From positions 79,856,001-79,920,000 of the forward strand of contig OX597825.1 of assembly GCA_951406725.2 (NCBI GenBank): a stretch of DNA of 64,000 nt. Direction: 5' to 3'. Below the pieces are notes generated by a model. That model did not search any database, was not told where the DNA came from, and was given only the letters and a program-made list of their open reading frames with translations. Of this stretch, positions 37,628 through 50,277 are shown one piece after another. Positions within the stretch are counted from its first letter, which is position 1, and every line of letters starts with the position of its first letter. This stretch comes from Octopus vulgaris (lineage: Eukaryota). The position numbers and the translations under genes are program-made.

Positions 37628-39452
37628 ATGATGACAGTTCTATTCCTTCATTGATGTATTTTTAACAAAGCTGTATAAAATTATTTTACTTTTTATAGTT
37701 TATGTAGAATTTGTTTCTCTTTCGAATGATATAGGTATTATATATCTTTCTACAATTTAAATAATGTTAATATGCAATTAAATGAAATTGTTAGAAATTG
37801 TTGGCAAAATAAGTTTAAGACCAAACCAAAACTATGCAAATTAATAAGCTAAATAAATGTGTGGTCATATGGCTGGTCGTACTGCACTGCTTTGTTTAAT
37901 AATTGAACATTGTTACACATTAATTCACTATGGGAAAGCGTTGTAGTATCAGCCCAATCACTAGATCAAAGATCATGCTGCTTCATCAGCAAAATGTGTC
38001 CTTTGTGAACACTAGCAAGCAATTAGGACACAGTAAAATGGCTTGTGTTCAAGCATGGAGGCTTTATCAAGCCACAAGCCAATACAAAGATTGGCAAAAA
38101 ATGGGTACGCCAAGAAAAACAACAGTATAGATGGATTGCTGAATTCATAGGCTCTCTCAAGGTAACCAAATGCTAACAACAGTGGACGTTTGCAAGCAAT
38201 TATCTGATGAAACTGACATGAACTTTACACCACAAACTGTCAGAAACAGTCTAAAAATTTGGACTGTTTGGCTGAATCTCTTGAAAAAGCTGATAATTTC
38301 TGCGACTAACTGGCAGAAGCAGATGAAGTTTGCTAAAAGCCATATTGAATGGACAACCGAAGACTAGCCAAAAGATTTTGGAGCAATGAATCCCACTTCT
38401 GCATCTTTGGATCAGATGGATAGACTTATTTTAGATGCCGTTCAACTGAATAATTCCATCCTAAATGTGTCAAGAAAACCATGCGAGCAGCAGGTGGTGG
38501 GGTAATGGTGTATGCTACAATCAATAACTTAGGTTGATGGCAGACTGAACAGTATAGGTTAGCTGCAATTAGTAAATGAAAATGTGCTGCCATATTTAAA
38601 TAATCAGATGCCAAGGAGATCTATTTTCCAGCAGGACAATTGCCCTGTTCATAAGGCTAGGGAAGTTTTGCAATATTTTGAGTGCATTAATATGGTGGTT
38701 ATTGAGTGGCCTCCACAGAGCCCAGATTTGAATCTGATAGAAAACTTATGAAATTAGGTTTCTAAAGGAATTCATGCTAAAAAAAACAACAAATTTGTCC
38801 CTATTATATAATTTTTTGAAGGAATATGGCAGAACATTCCAAGTGAATTTTGTGCTCAACTGTTGAACTCCATGTCCCACCGTTGTAAGGCTGTAATTGA
38901 AAATAATGGCTATAGAATGTGGTGTATGCGAGAGATTCAAAATAAAGGCACCTACCTTCTCTTTGCTCAAACGAAGACCTTTCAGCGATAATAGATCCTT
39001 CAACGCAGCCCGACCCAAACACTAGAAATAGCAGCTGCTTCTCCCCTATGTTAACAAAGTGCTCACGTATCTTACTCGCTCGGTGACGTCAATTGAAAAA
39101 GGCCGAATCCTGCCCTGCCTGCGCGCGCGTCTATCCTGCCCCTTCCGGTCAGCTCCCCAGCTGCTGACGTCATCCCACATAGAACTCGATACTAATAATA
39201 AATTTTTGTTCATTGATCATTTCTGCTGTAAATTTTCAATTTAAACAAAATAATGTTGGTATGGTCTTAAATTTATTTTGTGCATTAAAATTATTCAAAT
39301 TGTAGAAAGATATATAACACTTATATCATTCAAAAGAGAAAAAAATTCTACATAGACTGTAAAAAGTAAAATAATTTTATAGTTTTGTTAAAAGTGAATT
39401 AATGAAGGAATAGAACTGTCATCATCGCTCTGAAACTTATTTTGGCCAGTGT
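37628..39452 (+). mobile_element. Decayed Tc1 element carrying a solo LTR
   Basis: Long inverted repeats 37628-37758 / 39297-39425, right end ..ggccagtg-TA; remnants GTPRKTT, FQQDNCPVH, WPPQSPDLNLIEN. Confidence 0.85.
38918..39179 (-). mobile_element. Solo LTR of the same family as 33868-34683
   Basis: TGT..ACA, 5-bp TSD tagaa (38913-38917, 39180-39184). Confidence 0.92.
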
Positions 39453-39559
39453 ATGTGGTACAGCTATTAGAAGGGAGTTAACCCTTTTGTAATGATTCAA
39501 GGCAGCATTAGAAATGTGAAATTAAGGAAATTTAAGGAAAAAGATGCATAGATTTCAAA

Positions 39560-40605
39560 TATTTAATTTTTTTATGAATGCCTGTTCTCAAAATGATGAC
39601 CATTCTGCCCCAGGCACTGCTGATAACTTGGAGCTATGAAGTTGCAACATATCAAAAATACATTTCATTTGGTATTTGTGTACAATTTTGTTCAATGTCT
39701 AGTCTCAGGTTATCAACAGCTGCTAATTTTGTATTGTAGACATTATCTTTTAAGTATCCCCATAAAAAATGTCACAGGGAGTGAGGTCTGGTGAATGTAG
39801 AAGATATTCTACAGAACCTCCTCTTCCAATCCACCTGTTTGACAGAATGTCATCCCAGTAGGCTCTTATATAACTATGGAAGTGTTGGGGTGCCCCAGCT
39901 AGCAGAAAATAAAACTCCACATCTTCAAAGTCTCCTTGAATGCTTGGTATGACAGATTGTTGCACCAAGTTCAAGTAAATGGGACCAATTGCAATACTGT
40001 CAAAGAATGGTCCAATGAATCCTTTTGTTGATAAGCTACACCATAATGCTACTCCTAGTAAATTAACATGAGATTCTTCTATAATATTTAAATTCTCAGG
40101 TCCCTAATAGGTGCAGTTGTGGTTGTTAATTAGGCCATTTAATTTAAATGTAGCCTCGTCACTCCAATCTTTGTTGGAAAGAATACCTCTTCTACACATC
40201 TTACCAAGTGCCACTCATAAAACTCCACTCGAGAACATGGACTATTCTTGGAATGTAACTTTTCCACTGACAGTGCTTGAAAATGTGAACACTTGATTTT
40301 GAAACAAACGCCTCATGACTTGCTTGCCAGAGATTTTCTGGAACTCCAGCAATATGTTTCTAGTGCCCTTTCTTGCTTTGTGGGACTCGACAATGTCCAG
40401 TCTTCTGGAACATTTCTTGTGGACATTCTGAACAGTTCCATTTGGTTCACAATGATGGTAAATTGTATAGTGTATCTGTTTTAAAACTCTCTCCTAAACT
40501 TCCAGTAGCGCTTAGAACAAATTTTATTTTGTTCACAGATTATTTTTAATGCGTTGAATCTAAAAAGAAATGAAAATTGAGTATAGACTTTTAGGAAGTC
40601 GCTGT
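39560..40605 (-). mobile_element. Decayed Tc1/mariner-superfamily element (rosa/DD41D-like motifs)
   Basis: [20 protein letters not shown], decayed RSPDLTPxDFxLWG; end tacagcgacttcc. Confidence 0.65.
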
Positions 40606-40712
40606 ATATATACACAAAATGTGTGTGTGTTTGTGTGTGTGCATGTGTGTGCGTGTGTATACATACATAAGCACGCGCACTAAAAGACTTATTTTCTAAA
40701 TTTATATTTCAG

Positions 40713-40942
40713 GCAAAAATTGGTTGTTGAAAGTTATTTCTCCTGAAGAACATGAACGAAATTTCGATGTGGAAATAATTCAAGACACTCTATCTTCTTC
40801 TTTCACTAGAAATTTACAATGGAAATATGTTTATCCTTATGGAAATACTTATATAAAATATTTTAATCTGAAGACATATGAGAAAAATGAAATCATGAAA
40901 TTAAAATTCCACTTTTTGGATAAATTTCTGAGAATCAATGAA
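40713..40942 (+). CDS. Gene B exon 8 (domain 4 N-part): KNWLLKVISPEEH...FLRINE
   Basis: tatatttcag acceptor, gaa|gtaaaa donor, phase 1 to 0, open. Confidence 0.82.
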
Positions 40943-41046
40943 GTAAAAATATTTTCTTTACATATTTTAAAATATTTAAATATTATAGGCAAGCACATTG
41001 CATGTTTTATGAAAGTGAATTTGATGTTTCAAATCTATAATTTCAG

Positions 41047-41146
41047 ATAAGTGTGATCAGCAATTACTCGGAGTATCAATTTAAAACAAATGTAGAAGGA
41101 AAATTTCAGATTTTCTCGGTGACAGAATTTTCTCGAATAACAAAAG
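41047..41146 (+). CDS. Gene B exon 9 (domain 4 C-part): ISVISNYSEYQFKTNVEGKFQIFSVTEFSRITK
   Basis: aattttcag acceptor, aag|gtatat donor, phase 0 to 1. Confidence 0.82.
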
Positions 41147-41242
41147 GTATATGGTTGTCTGAAATTGTCATGCTTAAATATTGTTCATTTTAAATGCCAG
41201 TTATCAGCATCAGTATATATGAACACACACATACATTCAATT

Positions 41243-41712
41243 CATCATCATCGTCGTTTAGCATCTGCTTTCCATGCTAGCATGGGTTGGACGATTTGAC
41301 TGAGGACTGGCAAGCCAGATGGCTGCAGTAGGTTCCAATCTTGATCTGGCAGAGTTTCTACAGCTGGATGCCCTTCCTAATGCCAACCACTCCGAGAGTG
41401 TAGTGGGTGCTTTTACATGCCACTGGCACGGGGGCCAGTCAGGTGGTACGGGCAGCAGCCCTGCTCAAATGGTGTTTTTTACATGCCACCTGCACAGGAG
41501 GCAGTCCAGCGGCACTGGCAACGACCTCGCTCAAATGCTTTTTTAAGTGCCAGTAAGGTGATGCTGGTAACGATCATGCTTGAATGGTGCTTTTTACATG
41601 CCACCAGCACGGAAGCCAGTTAGCTGCTCTGGCAACGATCACGCTCGAATGGTGCTCTTAGCACTCTGCTAGCATGGATGCCAGTCATCGAATTTGATTT
41701 CGATTTCGATTT
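41243..41712 (-). mobile_element. RTE LINE 3' UTR fragment
   Basis: Matches 42975-43500 and 29995-30480. Confidence 0.85.
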
Positions 41713-41859
41713 TATCATATATATAAACATACATGCACACATATTTTCATCACAAATACACAAGCATAAACTTGTTGTGTGGATAATGCAGGGAAAAGCC
41801 TACTCAGAAGTATCTTTCAGAGGAAATCCAGTCTGGGAGTGATATTGTCAATGTCCAGG

Positions 41860-42845
41860 AATCAAAAATAAAATTATCAGAAGTTTCCAGTTCAAAACAT
41901 TGTGCAAAGTCAAACATTTTGGTTTTGAGGTGATAAAATGCATACATATCAAAATGTTGCCAGACTAGTTCTGTAGCACGCCAACAGATGGTAGTACATG
42001 GTTGTGTTTGCAACAACACCTAGAAGTGACCTTCATGGGATGGTGTGCCACGCAACACTGCTGTGTTTACTTTACAAGTTGAGAAATTTTTGTTTTTGTG
42101 ATTAGATGTATACTGTAGTCTGTGATTTTGAGATGGACAAGAACAAAGAGCCAACGGGAAATTTTGCATTAAGCTTGGGAAGTCTACTACAGAGACATTG
42201 AGCATGCTTTGGTAAATTTATGGTGATGAGGCAATGGGTCATACACAATGTTTCAAGTGGCAGAGGAGCTTCAAAAGCAGAAAAGTATCCCTAGAAGATG
42301 AGTGATCTTGAAGACCTACTGCAAATATCACACCTGGAAATGTGGAGAAAATTCATCAGTTTGTGCATGAGGATCATCAGAGGACAATCAAAGATGTTTT
42401 GAGGCATTTCAGGGAGGACATTTGGTGAAAGTGACAAGATTTGTGGAGTACGAAGAATTGGATTCTACATGATGACAATGCACCCTGTCATAAGCTCTCA
42501 TTACTCATGGGTTTCTCACCAAAAACAGCATGGTATTGCTTCCACACCTACCCTATTTACCAGATTTAGCACCTGCAGCCTTCCATCTTTTCCACGAGAT
42601 GAAAATGCAGCTCAAAAGTTACTGTTTTAACACCACTGTCGAGATCCAAGGTGAATTGCAGAATATCCTTTACTCACTTATGGAAACCAACTTCCAGACC
42701 AGATTCCAAAAGTGGCAGGAATGCTGGGACCAGTCAATTGCTGTGCAAGGCGACCATTTCAAAAGCGATGATGGTAAAACTTAGGTAAATAATTTAGTTT
42801 TTTATTAAAAATAACTAGTCCTGGAACTTTTTGCTACCACCACAT
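41860..42845 (+). mobile_element. Decayed mariner element
   Basis: EQRANGKFCIKLGKS, WILHDDNAPCH, HLPYLPDLAPAAFHLF..MK..LK. Confidence 0.8.
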
Positions 42846-42959
42846 ACATGCATTTGTACATACATACATTTATATGCATATGTACATACATATGTACATA
42901 CTTACATACACGCATATGTAGATATATATGTACATACACACATATGTAGATATATATAT

Positions 42960-45910
42960 ATCATCATCATCATCATCGTTTAATGTCCGCTTTCCATGCT
43001 AGCATGGGTTGGACGAATGACTGAGGGCTGGCGAACCAGATGGCTGCACCAGGCTTCAATCTTGATCTGGCAGAGTTTCTACAGCTTGATGCCCTTCCTA
43101 ACACCAACCACTCCGAGAGTGTAGTGGGTGCTTTTACGTGTCACCGGCACGGGGCCAGTCAGGTGGTACTGGCAACGACCTCACTCAAATCTTTTACACA
43201 TGCCACCAGCACAGGTGCCAGTAAGGCAATGCTGGTAACGATCACGCTCGAATGGTGTCTTTTATGTGCCACCTGCACGGAGGCCAGATAGCCGCTCTGG
43301 CAAGGATCACGCTCGTATGGTGCTCTTTAAGGCGACACTGGTAATGATCATGCTCGAATGGTGCCTTTTAAGTGCCACTGGCATGGAAGCCAGTTAGCCA
43401 CTCTGTCAATGATCACATTCGTAAAGTGCTCTTTGCACCCCGCTAGCACGGACGCCAGTCATCAAATTTGATTTTGATTTTTGATTTTAAATTTTTGATT
43501 TCACTTGCCTCAACAGGTCTTTGCAAGCAGAGTTTTACTGTCCAAAGAAGGAAAAGGTACACATAAGTGGGCTGGTTACGCCCCTGGCATAGGCCATGAG
43601 ATTATGGTCTCATTTGGCTTACCGGGTCTTCTCAAGCATAGCATATTTCCAAAAGTCTCGGTCTCTAGTCATTTCCTCAGTGAGGCCTAAAGTTCGAAGG
43701 TCGTGCTTCACCACCTCGTCCCAGGTCTTCCTGGGTCTACCTCTTCCATAGGTTCCCTCGACCGCAAGGGTGTGGGACTTTTTCACACTGCTGTCCTCAT
43801 CCATTCTCACCACATGACCATACCAGCGCAGTCATCTCTTTTGCACACCACATCTGATACTTCTTAGGCCCAACATTTCTCTCAAGGTACTTACACTCTG
43901 TCGAGTATGCACACTGTCATTACACATCCATCAGATCATACTGGCTTCATTCCTTGCAAGCTTACGCATGTCCTCAGCAGTCACAGCCCATGTTTCACTG
44001 CCATGTAGCATGGCTGTTCGTACATATGCGTCATACAGTCTACCTTTTACTCTGAGCGAGAGGCCCTTTGTCACTAGCAGAGGTAAGAGCTTGCTGAACT
44101 TTGCCCAAGGTAACGGTAACGGAAGCTATCAACTACTTCTAGTTTTTCTCCCTGGAATGTGGTGGAAGTTGTTCTCTGCACATTTTCAGCACCTGAGCAT
44201 TTGCCACATACGAAACTATCTTCCCAGTTAGCCTCCCTTTGATATTGCTGCACCTCTTATGTGTCCATAGCTTACACTGAGTACATCTTATAGAGTTTCT
44301 ACCTACGCCTTTTCTACAGATCGAGTAGGGCCATCAACCTGAAGGGATTTGTGGTTTGCCTACCTTCCTATTTATTAGGACTTTGGTTTTAGCTAGGTTG
44401 ACTCTAAGACCCTTCAATTCTAATCCTTGTTTCCACACCTGAAACTTCTCCTCTAGTTCTGATAGTGACTCAGCAATTAGAGCAAGGTCATCAGCATAGA
44501 GGAGCTCCCAGGGGCATCCTGTCTTGAATTCTTCTGTTATTGCCTGGAGGACTATGATAAATAGGAGGGGGCTGAGAACTGATCCTTGGTGGACCCCAAC
44601 CTCTACCCTGAATTCAATGTACTCGTTGCCAACCCTTACCTTACTTACAGCATCCCTGTACATGGCTTGCACTACTCTCACTAACCATTCATCTATCCCT
44701 AGTTTCCTCATTGACCACCAGATAAGGGATCAGGGGACCCTGTCAAAGGCTTTCTCCATGTCAATGAAAGCCAGGTACAGGGGCTTATCTTTGGCTAGGT
44801 ACTTCTTCTGCAGCTGTCTTACCAGAAATATGGCATCAGTCGTGCTTTTCCCTGGCACGAAACCAAACTGCATCTCATCCAAGCAGACTCTCTCCCTAAT
44901 CAGTTGGGCTATACGACCCTCTCCGTAACCTTCATTACCTGATCCAACAGCTTGATACCTCTGTAATTATTTGTATCTAAAGCGTCACCTTTACCTTTGT
45001 AGCAGTTGACTATTATGCTGCTACACCAGTCATTGGGAATGACTCCTTCATGTATCACCTGGTTAACTATATGGGTGACTAGTCAATAGCCAACACTGCC
45101 AGATATTTTGAGCATCTCTGCAGTAATTCCTGATGGGCCTGGGGCTTTCCATGTCTTCATACTTCTAATTGCCTTATCTACCAAGGTACTGTCAATTTGG
45201 ATAGCTGGTCCCTCTGTTGGGTCAACATTTGGCAGACTCTCTTTCTCACATTCATTTTCTTTATTCAGGAACCTTTCATAGTGGCATCTCCAGACCTCTC
45301 TCTTAGCATCCTCAATTAGTGCAAGTGAATCATCATCCATGCGAACACATTTCTCTCCTACCACATCATGATTCTCTCTCATACACTGTCTTACAACACG
45401 AAATACCTCAAGTCTTTCGTCCTTGCGGCACAGAACATTGGCCAATTTTTTCTTATCTGCTTCCTCTCTGGCTAAATAAACCTGCCTCCTAGCTTCCCTC
45501 CTGGCAGTCTGATAAACTTCCCAGCTACCACCGTTCTTCCAAGCCTGTTTCTTTTGTCTAATAGCCCTGTCAACAACAATGTTCCACTACCACGTTATTT
45601 TGGGTCAAGATGGGACTTTGCACCATCCACAGATCTGGTCGGTGGCCCTTAGCAGGTTGTCCCGTAGGAACCTCCAGTTGTCTTCTATACCATGTGAAGC
45701 TATATTCCCTTCTATTTCATCAAAGGCTTTGAGTAATATGTCTCTAAATCTCTGTCCATTTGCGGGATCTTTAAGTCTCCAGACTCTTCTCCTTGCTGGT
45801 CGCCTTCTGGGCAACCATTTAGCCCTTACCCAGAAGTCACTAACTACCAGCCTATGTTGTGGGGTACATTCTTCGCCTGGGAAGGTTTTGGCATTTATAA
45901 GCAGCCATCT
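42960..45910 (-). mobile_element. ~3-kb RTE LINE (end of endonuclease region, RT, 3' UTR), frameshifted
   Basis: QHRLVVSDF, KAPGPSGITAEMLK, GVHQGSVLSPLLF, LLYADDLAL, GRGRPRKTW. Confidence 0.95.
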
Positions 45911-46310
45911 TATACAAACATACATACATATATATGTACATAAATACACCTCTGTGTGTAAATATATTTGCATACACACACACGTATGTTGGTGACTGGA
46001 AGAACATCTAGTCATAGAAAATCTGCCTCAATAAATTCCATCTGTTCCATGCAAGAATGGAAAAGTGGATATCAAAATGATGCTGATGATGATGTTAGCT
46101 ATCTGTTCATCATTTGATGTTGCCATCAACTATTTCTTGTTTCCAAAAATTTATCACAAACTGAATGGTTCTCCCAAATTGGTGGCATCAATGATTGAAA
46201 TGGACAATCTTTACATGAAACAGGATTGAACTTCTCAGATCAATAATTGTGTTAGAGTGTTTCAGAGATATTTTTGCCAATTTCTAATAAATATTTTGTC
46301 TACTTTTCAG

Positions 46311-46352
46311 AGAAACTACACAGGAATGAAACAAATGTCTCCATAATAATAG
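46311..46352 (+). CDS. Gene B exon 10 (stalk): (E)KLHRNETNVSIII
   Basis: tacttttcag acceptor, tag|gtaatt donor, phase 1 to 1; sequons NET and NVS; runs into the TM helix. Confidence 0.8.
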
Positions 46353-47673
46353 GTAATTATTTTCATTTTTTCATGTATCATCTCATAATTTTTGTTTATC
46401 AAGTTTTCATTTGGCAACCTCATCGCTCTGATTTCAGTCCCATTGCACAACACCAAGAGCAGATGTCATTCATTATAGCACTGCGCCAACTAACTGAAGC
46501 CTTGAGAGGATATTAGGAAGTTAGAGACTCTTTAATTATTCTCTGACTATCATTGGAATGGTATCCACTTAATGTCAAGTGTTGAAAATCTGTTTCACAT
46601 CATATCATTGTTTGATAGCAATAGAAACTGGCTTTTCTCAAAACTCAACTCTAAATTTAATGACAATTTAATAACTGCATCAAGAATATCTGAATGAGTT
46701 TAACCTTTTGTTACCACATTACTATTCAAATAGTCTTTGTTTTAATTAATGTTGGAAATAATGAAGAATTCAGTTGAATAAATTTGTCCTTCTTAAGCTG
46801 ATGTTTTGCAGTTTAATAACTGCACTAAGAATATCTGAATGAAGGACAGAGAGTTAAGTGAGGTTAACAAACTTAATGTAGTAACACACCCACACCAAAA
46901 TATCTAATTAACTCTTAATATCATACTGAAAACTGCCCAAGTCAAAGTCCAGCTTTGTAATGATTCTGTGAAAGAACAAATTGATTGAGAAGGGATTAGA
47001 GTTTTCTCCCTTACATTAGTTTCTCATTTTCTTCAGAATGAATTCTTTTACATGAAGTATATTTGCCACCTAAATGTGGTTAACCCTTAAGGGTCGATGC
47101 TACTGTAGCTTGTAGCCCCAGAAAGACATCTCCTCCAGCTGGCTATTGACACACTATCTGTGCTCTATCAGTATTTGCAAAGGGAAGTCATCATTCCCAT
47201 CTCCAGCCTGACGTGATACATATGAACTCGCATTTCTGGGTATTGACCTGTCATCAGCTTATGACAACCACCGGTTGGCAATGGGAAATGATTCTCAATG
47301 CAAATATATACTTTTTCCTGTGACGAAAAGTCACTGATCTTGAGTCAGTAGCATCAACCCTTAAGGGTTAGCCACATTTAGGTGTCAAATATACTTCACG
47401 ATGTCATGCTGCTACTGTTTATATCTCGCTCAGAGATTTATTATTGAATTCTTTTACCTTTTACCTTTTACTTGTTTCAGTCATTAGATTGTAGCCATGC
47501 TGGGGGCACCACCTTGAAGAATTCTAGTCAAACTAAACGACCTCAGTACTTAATATCCTTTAAGCCTGATACTTATTCTATCGGTGTGTTTTGCTGAATT
47601 AAGTTATGGGCATGTAAATACACCAATACCAGTTGTCAAGCAGTGGCTGGAAATGTACAAAGACACACATGCA

Positions 47674-47723
<50 letters not shown>

Positions 47724-47724
<1 letters not shown>

Positions 47725-49351
47725 TTTTGCGGCCAAAATGTTCAGAACGGCATTGTTTTTGCCAGAAAAGTAGGTATTAGTTTTTAACAAAATTGTTTTA
47801 TGTTCTACAATTTTCACAGACAATAAATACAATATTAATTGTTATTGTCTGATGTAATTTTGATGTAATTTGAGAGGATAATACAAAAGGTATGGATGAT
47901 TTAGTGATTTACTGCAAAACCTATGGCGGGCAAAATTATCAGAACGGTTGAAAACATAACAAAATAATCAAAAATGACAGAGAATACTGGAATTATTTAA
48001 TATTTAGTGTGAAGCCCTTTAGCTTCAATCACACTTTGACATCTTCGACTGCATGAGGAAATAAAATTTTCAATTTCTTGCTAGGTGATCTTATTCCATT
48101 CTTCCTGAAGGGCATTCCATAATTGCTCGGTTGTTTTAGGATTTCTGGCTTTCAAACTTTCTCCTAGAATATTCCACACATTTTCAATAGGATTGAGATC
48201 TGGGCTTTGAGCAGGCCAATCCATAATAATAACCTTTTCAGCCTTGAGGAAGTTCATGACCACCTTAGCCTTGTGACATGGGGCATTGTCCTGCATGAAT
48301 ATGGGTGGTCGCTTAGTTGAATTTCTCAGCACAGGCAAGACATGATCTTTTACAAGTTGTCTATAAACTCCTGCATTTACCTTTCCATGTAATCGCACCA
48401 AAGAGCCCACACCATCTCCAGATATCATTCCCCAAATCAGGACACTTCCTCCACCGAATTTAACACAGTCTTAAGGCATTTAGGCGACAATTTTTCACCT
48501 ACTTTTCAATGAACGTACCTTTTCCCATCTGAGCCAAATAACATAAACTTAGATTCATCACTGAAATGCACCGTTTGCCATTTTTCTTGAGACCACAACA
48601 CATGTTCGGTTGCAAAGGTAAGACGACACTTTTTATTTTTGGAGCTGATCAGTGGCTTCACTGCAGGTTCTCTTGCTTGTAGGTTATGTTCAACTAAATG
48701 ATGAAACACAGTTTTTCGACATAACGTTTTCTTCAGTACAATGCTCATTTCCCAAGAAACAGCAGCAGCAGTTTTAAATCTGTCCTTTTTAACCAACTTT
48801 ACCATAGCACAATCTTCTCTCTTGGTCGTTTTTCTTGGCCTACCTGTAGACTTTCTTGCTTTACATGAACCACAATCATCGAAGACCTTAAGAATACCAT
48901 GAAAAACACTTTTTGACTTGTTAACAATCTTTGCAATAGACCCAATACTTAAATTATCCTTCTTTCGAAGCTTAATAATCTGCTGACGAATTGGTAACGG
49001 AGTAAGTGGCATTATATTAACAAAGTACACTGCAGATATTCTTACTAATGTTTAATAAACGAACCATCACGTAAACAAATTCAAAACATTAGAGTTCGCC
49101 AGTTAAATATACTAAAACACGGAGTAAAAGCAACCGTTCTGATCATTTTGGCCGCCATGGGTTTTGCAGTAAATCACTAAATCATCCATAACTTTTGTAT
49201 TATCCGCTCAAATTACACCAAAATCTCAGACAATAACAATTAATATTGTATTTATTGTGTGTGAAAATTACAGAATATAAAACAACTTTGATAAAAACTT
49301 ATACGTACTTTTCTGTTGAAAACAATGCCGTTCTGAACATTTTGGCCGCAA

Positions 49352-49354
<3 letters not shown>
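47724..49354 (-). mobile_element. Full-length Tc1 (DD34E) element with ~225-bp IR/DR-type TIRs, copy B only
   Basis: TA-flanked; TIRs 47724-47950 / 49131-49354 with internal direct repeat gcggccaaaatgttcagaacgg; 1631 bp. Confidence 0.95.
47997..49012 (-). pseudogene. Tc1 transposase pseudogene
   Basis: GRPRKTT, FSDESKF, QDNAPCH, 34 residues from D to E in SPDLNPIE; stops at 48506 and 48081, frameshift near 48465. Confidence 0.92.
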
Positions 49355-49403
<49 letters not shown>

Positions 49404-50019
49404 CAGGCTTCTTTCAGTTTCCATCTATCAAATCCATTTGCAAATAAGGTTTTGGTTGGCCCGACACGATAGTAAGAGACACTTGCCCAAGGTGGAATGT
49501 AGTGGGACTGAACGTGGAACCTGGAACAATGTGAAAATTTGTTTATTTACTTGTAGTATAGTGTCATAGTATAGGAATTTAAGTGTTAAAAATTTTACAC
49601 TCATTATTGAAAGAAAAATCATTTGTATTAATAATAATCTTCAAAAGGAATAAAGACTACTTCAACAAACTGTTTAAAAATTCTAATGGTACAATGTAAC
49701 AGAAAGAATCTGAGATCTAGTTAGAACAGATATCACTATACTTTACTGCAGTGGTCTAATAAGACAAAACATACCGAGGGTTAAGCTCCATACTTACCAA
49801 TAACCTGACTCTCTTCCTAAAGCATGTCTCCATTCAATTCTTTATCAATTTTTATTTTGACAGCAATTATCACAAAAAGTTATAGATTTCCTTTTAATTA
49901 TATTAGTAATTTTTAATGAAGATAATTTTGCTTTTGATTATTAAGTTACATATATTAGGTTCCGTTTAAGTTTACATAAACTGTTGGTTAATTGAGTATC
50001 TTATTGTTTTCTTCTTTAG

Positions 50020-50083
50020 TTATTGGCCTCTCTGCAGTCCTCACGTCATTTTTGATCATCATCATCATCATACTCTGTATCAG
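50020..50083 (+). CDS. Gene B exon 11 (transmembrane)
   Basis: cttctttag acceptor, cag|gtaaag donor; with exon 10 gives SIIIVIGLSAVLTSFLIIIIIILCI followed by basic RYNILKNKRSK. Confidence 0.9.
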
Positions 50084-50234
50084 GTAAAGCTTGTATATTA
50101 TTAATCTATTTCCTTTTTGTGTTTATATGTGTGTGGGCTTATGTTTATGTGCATATATGTGTTTGAATTTGTGTGTGTGTTTGTTTAAAGAACAGGAAAT
50201 GGGACATTACCAAAGTATGTGCATGTGTGTAGGA

Positions 50235-50277
<43 letters not shown>

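Noticed and set aside
40724-41050. 108-aa single-exon ORF
   Set aside because: Exon 8 read through a 104-nt intron; splicing 40942 to 41047 keeps the frame into exon 9
22530-41146. Cadherin, Ig or FN3 identity for the ectodomain repeats
   Set aside because: No DxD/LDRE/DxNDN cadherin motifs, no canonical Ig C..W..DxGxYxC spacing, no FN3 L.P.T.Y motif; no gene symbol assigned
47037-47058. Micro-exon after ttttcttcag (also near 414 in copy A)
   Set aside because: Would introduce an immediate TGA in the required phase; exons 10 and 11 join without it
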